Assembly (NCBI GenBank): GCA_902635045.1
Contig: CACPMT010000003.1
Span: forward strand, 7,128 to 71,127
Source: an uncultured SAR86 cluster bacterium
GTDB lineage: Bacteria; Pseudomonadota; Gammaproteobacteria; Magnimaribacterales; AG-339-G14
DNA length: 64,000 bases
Reading direction: 5' to 3'
Part shown: piece after piece, positions 53,549-64,000 of the stretch
Layout: the number at the start of each line of letters is the position of its first letter
How positions within the stretch are numbered: position 1 is the stretch's first letter
Notes under the pieces: model-generated
Database searches by the model: none
Seen by the model: only the letters and a program-made list of their open reading frames with translations
Told to the model about the DNA's origin: nothing
Program-made: the position numbers and the translations under genes

Positions 53549-54269
53549 AACCCTTACCGTTATGAGCAAAAACCTTAACTTTTTTCAACCAAAGAAATAA
53601 AGCTTGAAGGTGGATTCTAGCCAAAACAAGAGAAGAATTAATAAATATTGAAAAGAAAATTAATAATTTATTTTGCCACGAGAAGTTTATTTTTTGTCCG
53701 GATAAATTCGATAGAATCTCAAGCTTTCCATTAGGATCATACTCGTTGATTTTTATATTTAATGGATCACTAGAAATTTTAAATTGATAAAGTCCTTGCT
53801 TATCGGCAAAGGGCGATACATACATTTTTTTTTGAATTGGTATCCATTTTTTTTCATCAAGAATATTTAGGGAGTCATGAACGTAATAAATTTGCCTTTC
53901 ATAAAAGGTGTTTGTTACTTCAGCTACCATCATTAAATCGTTTCCATTTTTTTTTAAAAACCAAAAACATACAGGATTGAAAGTTTTGAGAAAATAAAAA
54001 TCAGGAGTCTTTAAAAGATTTATTTTTAGACTTTCATTCGAGATATTATTTTTTTTAATGTATTTAAGAATATTATTTAAAATTTCTTTTGAATAGTCAT
54101 TTTTTAAAAAAGAAAAATTAAAAAAAGTAGATTTTATATGATTAATCTTATTTTCTTGAAAATCATATATATTTTCTAAAAAGATACTTCGATAGGGATA
54201 ATCAAAGCTATGTTTTTTTGATTTGACTCTTCTATGAGAAACGACTCCTTTAAAAAAATATTTTTTCAT
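53538..54269 (-). CDS. DUF1365 family protein (UfaO-like)
   Basis: H.R....H.F.Y, FNPV, AEVTNTF.ER, K.MYVSPF, RIHLQAL.LW.K. Confidence 0.87.
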   Translation of the reverse strand: MKKYFFKGVVSHRRVKSKKHSFDYPYRSIFLENIYDFQENKINHIKSTFFNFSFLKNDYSKEILNNILKYIKKNNISNESLKINLLKTPDFYFLKTFNPVCFWFLKKNGNDLMMVAEVTNTFYERQIYYVHDSLNILDEKKWIPIQKKMYVSPFADKQGLYQFKISSDPLNIKINEYDPNGKLEILSNLSGQKINFSWQNKLLIFFSIFINSSLVLARIHLQALFLWLKKVKVFAHNGKGYVD

Positions 54270-55459
54270 TTATCTCTGCTATTAATAAGTTTGTAGATTG
54301 CTTGAGAAGATTTTATGCCATCTTCATGAAAACCGTAACCTAAATAAGCACCCGTAAAATAAGTATTTTTTTCAGATTGGATTTCTTTAAAGTTTTTTTG
54401 ACCCATTAGAGCTTTAAAATCAAATATTGGATGTTCGTATTCCATCTCATTAAAGATAAAATTAGGCTTTGGAAAATCTCCCAAGGTGACAAAAATATTT
54501 TTGTTTGTATTAATTTTTTGAAGATTATTCATCCAGTAAGTAACATATTCGTAATTTTCATCTTTATAGACATTCCAAGAACACCATTTTTTTTTATCCT
54601 TCGGCATTAAACTTTCATCTCCATGTAAAGTGGTTATATTTTTTTGATATTTGATTGAATCAATAGCATTTTTTTCTTTCTCATTTAAATCATCAATGCA
54701 TTCCAATATCTGATTTGGGTGATTTGCCATTATTAGCAGATCGAATTCATATGATTCATCTTTATTTGAAATGAATATTTTATTTTCGGATCTATTAATT
54801 TTGACTTCTGAATTGAGCTTTACATTAAAGACTTTTAAATCCAATAATTTCTCCACGTAAGTGCTGCTTCCTCCTAAGACTGAATACCACTGCGGGCGAT
54901 CATACAGATTTAATAAGCCGTGATTATTCAAGAAATTATTCATTGATTCAGCAGGGTAATTTTTTATCTCTTTAGAAGTGGAGGACCAAATTGCTGAAGT
55001 CATAGGAAGCAAATAACTTTCAACAAAAAGATTAGAGAATTTAAAGGTTTTTAGCCACTCACCAATATTTTCTTTGCTTTTAAGGTTTTTAGCTAAATAA
55101 TTAAATCTCACAATATCGATTAGTAGTTTTATTTTTTTTAAACTTGTTAGAAAAGAAAAATTAAAAAACTCTTTAGAATTCCAAATTAGGGATTTTGAAT
55201 TTACTGAAAAAGACATCTCTGTTTGATATAAATCAATGCCAATTTCTTTAAAAAATTTCATTAAGTTTTTATAATTCTTATCATTAAGCACAATAAAACC
55301 TGAATCTACCTTTATTTTGGTTTCAAGCTCTAGCTGATGGGTATGAGTATGACCGCCTAATCTATCCGACTTTTCAAAAATAGTTACTTCATGATTTTTG
55401 CCTAAAAAGTAAGCAGCAGATAATCCACTAATCCCTGAGCCAATAACAGCAATTCGCAT
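54266..55459 (-). CDS. FAD-dependent oxidoreductase (UfaD-like)
   Basis: GSGISGL, RLGGHTHT, VDSGFIV.N, AIWS, YEHP, GYGFHEDG. Confidence 0.88.
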   Translation of the reverse strand: MRIAVIGSGISGLSAAYFLGKNHEVTIFEKSDRLGGHTHTHQLELETKIKVDSGFIVLNDKNYKNLMKFFKEIGIDLYQTEMSFSVNSKSLIWNSKEFFNFSFLTSLKKIKLLIDIVRFNYLAKNLKSKENIGEWLKTFKFSNLFVESYLLPMTSAIWSSTSKEIKNYPAESMNNFLNNHGLLNLYDRPQWYSVLGGSSTYVEKLLDLKVFNVKLNSEVKINRSENKIFISNKDESYEFDLLIMANHPNQILECIDDLNEKEKNAIDSIKYQKNITTLHGDESLMPKDKKKWCSWNVYKDENYEYVTYWMNNLQKINTNKNIFVTLGDFPKPNFIFNEMEYEHPIFDFKALMGQKNFKEIQSEKNTYFTGAYLGYGFHEDGIKSSQAIYKLINSRDK

Positions 55460-55528
55460 AAACATTATTTTAGGTTATTTTTCTGGTTGGACGGGTAATA
55501 AAAATAGAAGAGATTTATGTTTTTAATA

Positions 55529-55534
55529 TATAAT
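55529..55534 (+). promoter_or_regulatory. -10 box upstream of tRNA-Ala
   Basis: TATAAT ending 10 nt before the mature tRNA 5' end. Confidence 0.45.
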
Positions 55535-55544
55535 TCTTCGCCTT

Positions 55545-55620
55545 GGGGCTATAGCTCAGCTGGGAGAGCGCCTGATTTGCATTCAGGAGGTCCGCGGTTC
55601 GATCCCGCGTAGCTCCACCA
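55545..55620 (+). tRNA. tRNA-Ala(TGC)
   Basis: GGGGCTATAGCTCAGCTGGGAGAGCGCCTGATT-TGC-ATTCAGGAGGTCCGCGGTTCGATCCCGCGTAGCTCCACCA; 76 nt with G3:U70. Confidence 0.98.
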
Positions 55621-55625
55621 ACTTC

Positions 55626-56924
55626 TTATAAAAAAATAAACTTAGAAATAAATATTAAGGTTAGAAACCAGGCTCCAGAAGAAATTTTAGTTATTTCTCC
55701 AAAGCCAATTTTTAAAACGACATAAGAGAGAAATCCCAAAGCAATTCCATCTGCTATAGAAAAGGTGAGAGGAATCATCACAATAATGACTAGCGCAGGT
55801 AATAAATCGACCATATTGGACCAATTTAATTTTTCCATTCCACTTAGCATTAAAATAGCCACATAAATTAGAGCTCCGGCAGTCGCGTAAGCTGGAACAA
55901 TCAGCGCTAGGGGAGAAAGAAATATTGCCAATAAAAAAAACAATCCTATAAAGACAGCGGTAAGACCTGTTCTTCCGCCTGCTTCTACACCTGCAGAACT
56001 TTCTACGTAACTTGTTACAGGAGAGCATCCCAAAAGCGCACCTAAAAAACTTGAGCTGCTGTCAGCTTTTAAAGCTTTATCAAAATTATTTGCTTCACCT
56101 GAATTATTGATAAGATTTGCCCTATCAGCCACTCCCAAAAGAGTTCCTGTTGTGTCAAAAAGATTAACAAATAAAAAAGACATGACGATAGTAATCATCG
56201 TTAAATCAAGTGCGCCTAGAATATCAAGTTTTAATAAAACTGGTTCAATTGATGGCGGCATAGATACTAAGCCGTTGTATTGAACTAAATTTAATAATAG
56301 AGCAGATACTGTAATAGCAAGAACGCCTAACAAAATTGCACCTGGAATTTTTCTAATTGCTAAAACAGAAATTAAAAGGAAACCTAAAGCAGCTAAGAAT
56401 GTTTCAATATTTGAAAAATCTCCTAATTTTAAAAAAGTCGCATCGTTGCTGATAATGATGCCACCATTTTTGAGACCTATGAATCCGATGAAAAGTCCAA
56501 CACCAGAACCCATAGCAATTCTTAAATTTAAAGGAATGCTTTCAATCATCCAGCTTCTTAATCTTGTTATGCTCATTAAGAAAAATAAAATCCCAGCTAA
56601 AAAAACAGCGCCAAGTGCTACTTCCCAAGAGTAGCCCATTTCACCAACCACAGTAAAAGTAAAAAATGCGTTTAAACCCATTCCAGGAGCCAAGCCAACT
56701 GGCCAATTTGCAAATACTCCCATTAGAATGCAGGCTAGGGCAGCGGCTAGGCAGGTTCCAACAAAAATTGCACCTTGATCCATTCCGCTAAGCGACATTA
56801 TTTGAGGGTTAACAAAAATAATGTACGCCATAGTTATGAAAGAGGTAAATCCACCTAAAAATTCACTTTTTAAATTAGTATTATTTTCTTTCAGCTTGAA
56901 AATTTTTTCTATTAAGCTAGTCAT
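55626..56924 (-). CDS. NCS2/AzgA family nucleobase (purine) permease
   Basis: TMAYIIFVNP, APGMGLNAFF, FDTTGTL, YVESSAGV.AGGRTG; ATG 56924 preferred. Confidence 0.93.
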   Translation of the reverse strand: MTSLIEKIFKLKENNTNLKSEFLGGFTSFITMAYIIFVNPQIMSLSGMDQGAIFVGTCLAAALACILMGVFANWPVGLAPGMGLNAFFTFTVVGEMGYSWEVALGAVFLAGILFFLMSITRLRSWMIESIPLNLRIAMGSGVGLFIGFIGLKNGGIIISNDATFLKLGDFSNIETFLAALGFLLISVLAIRKIPGAILLGVLAITVSALLLNLVQYNGLVSMPPSIEPVLLKLDILGALDLTMITIVMSFLFVNLFDTTGTLLGVADRANLINNSGEANNFDKALKADSSSSFLGALLGCSPVTSYVESSAGVEAGGRTGLTAVFIGLFFLLAIFLSPLALIVPAYATAGALIYVAILMLSGMEKLNWSNMVDLLPALVIIVMIPLTFSIADGIALGFLSYVVLKIGFGEITKISSGAWFLTLIFISKFIFL

Positions 56925-56997
56925 TTGCTTTATTAAGTATACCCTTTGTATCAAATCATTAAGGAATCCGATTATAAGATTTATAAATAAAATATTT

Positions 56998-57047
56998 TGC
57001 ACTTTCATCTAACAAAAAAATATGTTTTTTTGCTTAAAAACAGTGCA
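56998..57047. promoter_or_regulatory. Inverted-repeat region with NtrC/Fis-like boxes in the divergent NCS2/TBDR intergenic space
   Basis: TGCTTAAAAACAGTGCA (57031-47) and TGCACTTTCATCTAACA (56998-57014); nested CAAAAAAA-tatg-TTTTTTTG. Confidence 0.35.
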
Positions 57048-57138
57048 TTTATAAAAAAATAAGTAAATTTTCTTTTGCAAATTGGATAATTAAACATGAC
57101 ATAATTAATCCAGGAGAAATTCTTTCGGAAATTAAACT

Positions 57139-59466
57139 ATGAAACAAATTAAACTAATTAAAAACTTAGCTTTATTGGCTATTTTATCAATCTTCACTCC
57201 TTCAATTTTCTCGCAAAGCGATGGATTTTTTGAAGATGTAATCGTAACCGCTGAAAAGAGAAACGAAAGTCTTCAGGACGTTTCTCAAGCTGTAACTGCT
57301 TTAACTACTGCGGAAATAGAAGTAAAGGGATTGGACTCGATTGTCGACTTAACTTCAATTGTTCCAGGAGTAACAGTAGCAAAGAATGAAGGTTACAAAA
57401 CTATAATCTCTGTGAGAGGGGTTGGGAATGAAACGAATCAAAATGCTATTGCGGCTCCATCAGTTGCATATCACATTGATGGAATATTTATAGCCTCACC
57501 TTTTTCTCTTCAAACAGACTTTATAGGTATAGATCGAATTGAAGTATTGAGAGGCCCACAAGGAACTTTATTTGGACAAAACTCTACGGGTGGTGCAATC
57601 AATGTCGTTACTAAAGCTCCTTCTTTAGATGAATCGTATTCTTCAGGATCTTTAACAATCGGAGACTACAACATGACAAAATTTAGCGGATCTGCTAGCG
57701 GACCTATATTCGAAAATGTTGCAGCGACTTTCTCTTTTACAAAAACAAAAAGAGATGGTTTTTCTACTAATGTTTTTAATGGTCAAGATTTAGATGATGA
57801 CGATAGTTACAGTGTAAGAAACGATTATTTTATAGATCTCGATGATAGCTCATCATTAAGAATTTTTGGGCAGTACGCCAATATAGATAGCAATGGTTCT
57901 GCAATGAAAGGGCTTGATGATACAACCGTAGGAGCAAGAAACCTTAAACAGGATTCTCTTTCAGAATTGAAGCTAACTTCTTCGGTCTTAGCTGCTATTT
58001 ACGAAAAAGATTTAGGATTTGCAAACTTAAAAGTTCTAACTAGTAGCCAAAGTGATTCTATTTCAGTTAGAAGAGATAACGATCGACATTTTTATCAAGA
58101 TGCTGCTCCTTCTTTGACTGGAGTTTCTACTTATCAACGATCCGAATACAGATATGAAACATCGGACGTTAAAACCAAAACTTTTGAACTAAATTTAATT
58201 TCAAACGAACCTTTAATAGACGGCAAGCTAGATTGGACTGTCGGAGCTTTTTATATGGATCATGAAATTGAAAATCACATCAGAGAATATTTAGACGAAT
58301 ATGATTCTACTGCTAATGCTGCAGGTCAAGATGGAATTTTAAAGTATGTTTGTGGAGAGCCATTTGCAGATCCTAATTATTGTGTTGACTCAGCAAATCT
58401 TGGTTTCGGAGCTTATGGCAATGCAGCTGAATTAGGATTCGTGACCGATGCTTTTCCAGAAAGACGATCTCTATCAATTTTTGGACAAACTACTTACAGT
58501 TTTGATAATGACCTTAGATTAATCTCTGGGTTTAGATATACCAGAGATAACTTTTTAACTGACGTATCAAACTTTTTTGGAATCGAACTTTATCAAGAAG
58601 ATGATACTGATGAAGAGACATCTGGGAGATTGACTTTAGAATATGATCTTGACGCAGATTCCATGGTCTATTTGTCTCAGACTAGAGGATTTAAACCTGG
58701 AGGCACAAACTTAACTTTCGGTGCTTCAGGCGATGGCACTCCAGCGATGGTTTTACCTACTTTTAAATCTGAAACACTAGATTCAACAGAAATAGGTTTT
58801 AAAACGGAATTCTTAGATGGAAGGGCTTTAGCTAATGTTGCAATCTTTGATTACACCTATAAAAACCTTCAAGTTCAAGGTACAGACCCTGACGTTTTCA
58901 AAGGCGGCGTGGTCAATATCCCTGAATCAGAGGTACAAGGTTTAGAACTTGAATTTACAGCCTCTCTTTCTGATTCTTGGACGATAGATGCTAATTTTGC
59001 ATATTTAGATTCTGAAATAACTTCTTCTTTTGAATACTTGGACAATGCTAAAGCTCAACGATATTCTTTTGGAAGCGAAGCACTTAGGTATGCTCTTAGA
59101 GAGAATGTCAAAGGCAACGAGCTTGCTAAAACTCCAGAAATAACTGCCGACATCAGTTTAATCTACTCCACTCAACTTGCTTCGGGAGATGTTTTAAATT
59201 CTTCGCTTCAATTTGTCAAAAGAGATAAGTTTTTTCAAAGAATCGTAAATAATCCTGTCCAAGACCCAGTTGATGGTTATGAAATTATTAATTTTTCATC
59301 TGGAGTTGACTATGCTAGTGGTTGGGGATTTGACATTATAGTTAGAAACATTGGCGATGAGGACGGAATGAATTCAGCTATGACCGATGTATTTGGCGTC
59401 GGTGCTACGGGTATCGAATACATCCCACCAAGACAGTTGATGACAAAAATAAGTTACGATTTCTAA
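57139..59466 (+). CDS. TonB-dependent receptor
   Basis: Signal peptide, DVIVTAEKR TonB-box region, RIEVLRGPQGTLFG.N.TGGAIN plug, terminal Phe. Confidence 0.95.
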   Translation: MKQIKLIKNLALLAILSIFTPSIFSQSDGFFEDVIVTAEKRNESLQDVSQAVTALTTAEIEVKGLDSIVDLTSIVPGVTVAKNEGYKTIISVRGVGNETNQNAIAAPSVAYHIDGIFIASPFSLQTDFIGIDRIEVLRGPQGTLFGQNSTGGAINVVTKAPSLDESYSSGSLTIGDYNMTKFSGSASGPIFENVAATFSFTKTKRDGFSTNVFNGQDLDDDDSYSVRNDYFIDLDDSSSLRIFGQYANIDSNGSAMKGLDDTTVGARNLKQDSLSELKLTSSVLAAIYEKDLGFANLKVLTSSQSDSISVRRDNDRHFYQDAAPSLTGVSTYQRSEYRYETSDVKTKTFELNLISNEPLIDGKLDWTVGAFYMDHEIENHIREYLDEYDSTANAAGQDGILKYVCGEPFADPNYCVDSANLGFGAYGNAAELGFVTDAFPERRSLSIFGQTTYSFDNDLRLISGFRYTRDNFLTDVSNFFGIELYQEDDTDEETSGRLTLEYDLDADSMVYLSQTRGFKPGGTNLTFGASGDGTPAMVLPTFKSETLDSTEIGFKTEFLDGRALANVAIFDYTYKNLQVQGTDPDVFKGGVVNIPESEVQGLELEFTASLSDSWTIDANFAYLDSEITSSFEYLDNAKAQRYSFGSEALRYALRENVKGNELAKTPEITADISLIYSTQLASGDVLNSSLQFVKRDKFFQRIVNNPVQDPVDGYEIINFSSGVDYASGWGFDIIVRNIGDEDGMNSAMTDVFGVGATGIEYIPPRQLMTKISYDF

Positions 59467-59528
59467 TTAAATATTCAGATATCAGTTCTTTAAATAAATA
59501 GTCTTTTTCATAAATGTTTCAATAAATT

Positions 59529-60092
59529 ATGAAAAAGCTATTTATTAAAGCCAATGAATTACTGGAAGATTCCTTCAAACTCGCTTGGAAAATTTATGAA
59601 AGTGGATACAGGCCAAACTATATTATTGGTGTTTGGAGAGGAGGGGCTCCGGTTGGAATTGCTGTTCAAGAATTCTTAAATGTATTAGGCGTTAAATCAG
59701 ATCATATAGCAATTAGAACCTCTTACTACTCTGGAATCGATGAGCGTAAAAATAAAGTTCAAGTTTACGGTTTGAATTACATTATAAATAAAGTAAAGGC
59801 AGAGGATAAACTTCTTGTTGTTGACGATGTACATGATACTGGCAATTCGATTAACCAAATTATCTTGGACCTTAGAGAGGCTTGTAAAAAAAATACTCCA
59901 GAAATTAAGGTTGCTACGCCTTATTTCAAACCTATTAAAAACCAAACGGATAGACAGCCAGACTTTTTTATTCATGAAACAGATCTATGGCTTATTTTTC
60001 CTCACGAACTCGAAGGGCTTACCTTAGAAGAGATAAAAGAAAATAAGCCCGAATTAAAAAATTTATTAGCACTAATTGAAACTAAAATTTAG
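59529..60092 (+). CDS. Type I phosphoribosyltransferase (purine salvage-like)
   Basis: GVWRGG, LLVVDDVHDTGNS PRPP-binding loop, WLIFPHE. Confidence 0.87.
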   Translation: MKKLFIKANELLEDSFKLAWKIYESGYRPNYIIGVWRGGAPVGIAVQEFLNVLGVKSDHIAIRTSYYSGIDERKNKVQVYGLNYIINKVKAEDKLLVVDDVHDTGNSINQIILDLREACKKNTPEIKVATPYFKPIKNQTDRQPDFFIHETDLWLIFPHELEGLTLEEIKENKPELKNLLALIETKI

Positions 60093-60109
60093 ATTTATAA
60101 GTCGGGTTA

Positions 60110-60526
60110 TTAAGCAGTAACTCTTGGCTGAGAGTTCCAACTATAAATTAGAGCGTAAAACCAAAAACCATTTATCAAAGGCTCTATAATTGCATCGATA
60201 GCAGCCAAACTCAGATCAACTCCAATTATAAAAAAGCTCCAAGAAGTAGCAATTGAAAAATGTCCAATAGTGTAAATAACTGCTAGAAGGGCAGGTTTAA
60301 GCTTATCGTGTGCATACATGTGAAGCAGGAAAAACCAAAAACCATTAATTATTGGTTCAATTATTGCGTCTGCAGAAGCTAAGAAAAAATTTGTTTGAAA
60401 TATAACTGTTGCACAAGCCCAGGCAATGATTATGTGCCCAATTGTATAAACAATTGACAAACCGAAACTGCTTAAAGAATGGATTAAAGTATTTACTTTA
60501 CTAAGCTTTATGAAAAAACTTTTCAT
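60110..60526 (-). CDS. Membrane protein with two tandem DUF2061-like repeats
   Basis: YTIGH...DAIIEP.INGFWF occurs twice. Confidence 0.75.
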   Translation of the reverse strand: MKSFFIKLSKVNTLIHSLSSFGLSIVYTIGHIIIAWACATVIFQTNFFLASADAIIEPIINGFWFFLLHMYAHDKLKPALLAVIYTIGHFSIATSWSFFIIGVDLSLAAIDAIIEPLINGFWFYALIYSWNSQPRVTA

Positions 60527-60622
60527 ACAAATATTTAAACATTTTGCAAAAAAGATACAAGATCAAAAAAGGTGCGTATTTATTAATTATTAAATTATTA
60601 TTTAAATTTATAAAAACAAAAT

Positions 60623-61513
60623 TTAGATCTTAGATAGTCTTTTTTTAAAAATTGTAATTAATTCTTCTACTTTTTTTAATCCAGTATAGGTTGGCCTTAT
60701 GATAACTGCTAATTCCCTATGAGGACCTGGTTCGTCCAGCTCAGTTTTTACCAAATCAGGAATTGTATCTACAACTTGGTTAATTGCTAATTTAGGCACC
60801 AATGTTTTTCCCATTTTTCCTGCAACCAATTGAATCAATGTACTCATCGAGGAAGATTCCATAGCAAATCTTTTTTTTGGAGATATTTTACAAGCAGAAA
60901 GAATATGCTTTTTTAAACAATGTCCGTCTTCAAGAAGAAGCAAGTCTGAAGCATCAATATCTTTAGCTTTAATCTTTTTTTTATTATAAGGAAGTTCGTC
61001 TTTATGAGAAATCAAATACAGATTTTCTTCCCAAAACTCTAAAGCTAGCAAACCTTTTATATCAAAAGGCAATGCTAAAATAGCCATATCTATTTCACCT
61101 TCCTTAACTTTATTTACCAATTGATTTGACTGACCTTCTATAATTTTCAACTTTAAATTAGGAAATTTCTTATTTAACTCGGGTAGTATTAAGGGAAGAA
61201 AATAAGGACCAACAGTAGGAATTATCCCCAGAGAAATAGATGAGTTTGCAATTGAATTGCTTTCTCCGAGATTGTAAATATCTTGCATTTGAATTTTAAC
61301 TTCTTTTGCTTTTCTTAAAATTTTTTCACCGGATTTTGTAACTATTACTTTTTTGTTATCTCTCTCGAAAATTTGAGTTCCCAGTTGTGCTTCCATTTCG
61401 TTGATTGCATTACTTAAAGTAGATGGTGAAACAAAACACTCATCAGCAGCCTTTTTAAAATGAAGATTCTTTTGAACGCTTAAGGCATAATTTATTTGTT
61501 TGAGAGTAATCAT
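60623..61513 (-). CDS. oxyR: Hydrogen peroxide-inducible LysR regulator OxyR
   Basis: HFKKAADECFVSPSTLS HTH, GIIPTVGPY, LLEDGHCL...C redox Cys pair; divergent from katG. Confidence 0.92.
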   Translation of the reverse strand: MITLKQINYALSVQKNLHFKKAADECFVSPSTLSNAINEMEAQLGTQIFERDNKKVIVTKSGEKILRKAKEVKIQMQDIYNLGESNSIANSSISLGIIPTVGPYFLPLILPELNKKFPNLKLKIIEGQSNQLVNKVKEGEIDMAILALPFDIKGLLALEFWEENLYLISHKDELPYNKKKIKAKDIDASDLLLLEDGHCLKKHILSACKISPKKRFAMESSSMSTLIQLVAGKMGKTLVPKLAINQVVDTIPDLVKTELDEPGPHRELAVIIRPTYTGLKKVEELITIFKKRLSKI

Positions 61514-61529
61514 ATTATGTTCATTATAA

Positions 61530-63749
<2,220 letters not shown>

Positions 63750-63790
63750 AATTATCTATTAAATAGATCAATTGAAGGGAGATTTTAAAG

Positions 63791-64000
63791 ATGCATGATC
63801 TTGTTATTAGAAATGGCCTTATTGTTGATGGCTCAGGAAAAAAACCATTTATTGGCGACATTGCCATTGATAACGAAAACATATCATTGGTCTCCAACTC
63901 TATACCAGATAAAGGTAAAGAGGAGATTGATGCTGAAGGTAAGTTAGTAACGCCCGGATGGGTTGATATTCACACTCACTACGACGGACAAGTTTGTTGG
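63791..64000 (+). CDS. Amidohydrolase (N-acyl-D-amino acid deacylase family), 5' part
   Basis: Manual translation MHDLVIRNGLIVDGSG...GDIAI...VTPGWVDIHTHYDGQVCW; runs off the window end. Confidence 0.88.
   Translation, partial: MHDLVIRNGLIVDGSGKKPFIGDIAIDNENISLVSNSIPDKGKEEIDAEGKLVTPGWVDIHTHYDGQVCW

Noticed and set aside
56925-57138. Purine riboswitch or sigma54 promoter upstream of NCS2/TBDR
   Set aside because: No purine-aptamer core was recognisable and I found no correctly spaced GG-N10-GC element.

Overview
AT-rich, very gene-dense chromosome segment of a streamlined marine-type gammaproteobacterium. SAR86-like is my inference from gene order, protein style and near-zero intergenic spacing; it was not tested. 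Bases 1-33.5 kb are core genome: rpiA, lnt, maf, rpmBG, coaBC-dut, proA-nadD-rsfS-mrdA-rodA-mltB-dacA-dat, leuS-lptE-holA, aroQ-accBC, ilvD-trxA-rho, bamD/rluD and ilvIHC. Bases 33.5-55.6 kb are an accessory-looking catabolic and lipid region bracketed by tRNA-Ile(GAT) and tRNA-Ala(TGC), the pair normally adjacent in rRNA spacers. It opens with an integrase-less ~2 kb cassette bounded by a perfect 45-bp duplication of the tRNA-Ile 3' half. The cassette holds a secreted metallophosphoesterase with an internal, apparently circularly permuted PAS-like insert, plus an unannotated 3' fragment of a desaturase paralog. It is followed by an amine oxidase-epoxide hydrolase-amidase operon, an ActP-like transporter, a dehalogenase-GST-sulfatase-desaturase cluster and a ufaD/ufaO/ufaM-like (furan fatty acid-type) operon. 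Bases 55.6-64 kb hold a putative purine uptake and salvage module (NCS2 permease, TonB-dependent receptor, phosphoribosyltransferase), a tandem-repeat membrane protein, oxyR-katG and the start of an amidohydrolase. No rRNA, CRISPR array, transposase or integrase was seen. All family assignments are by motif recognition; no database searches were run.
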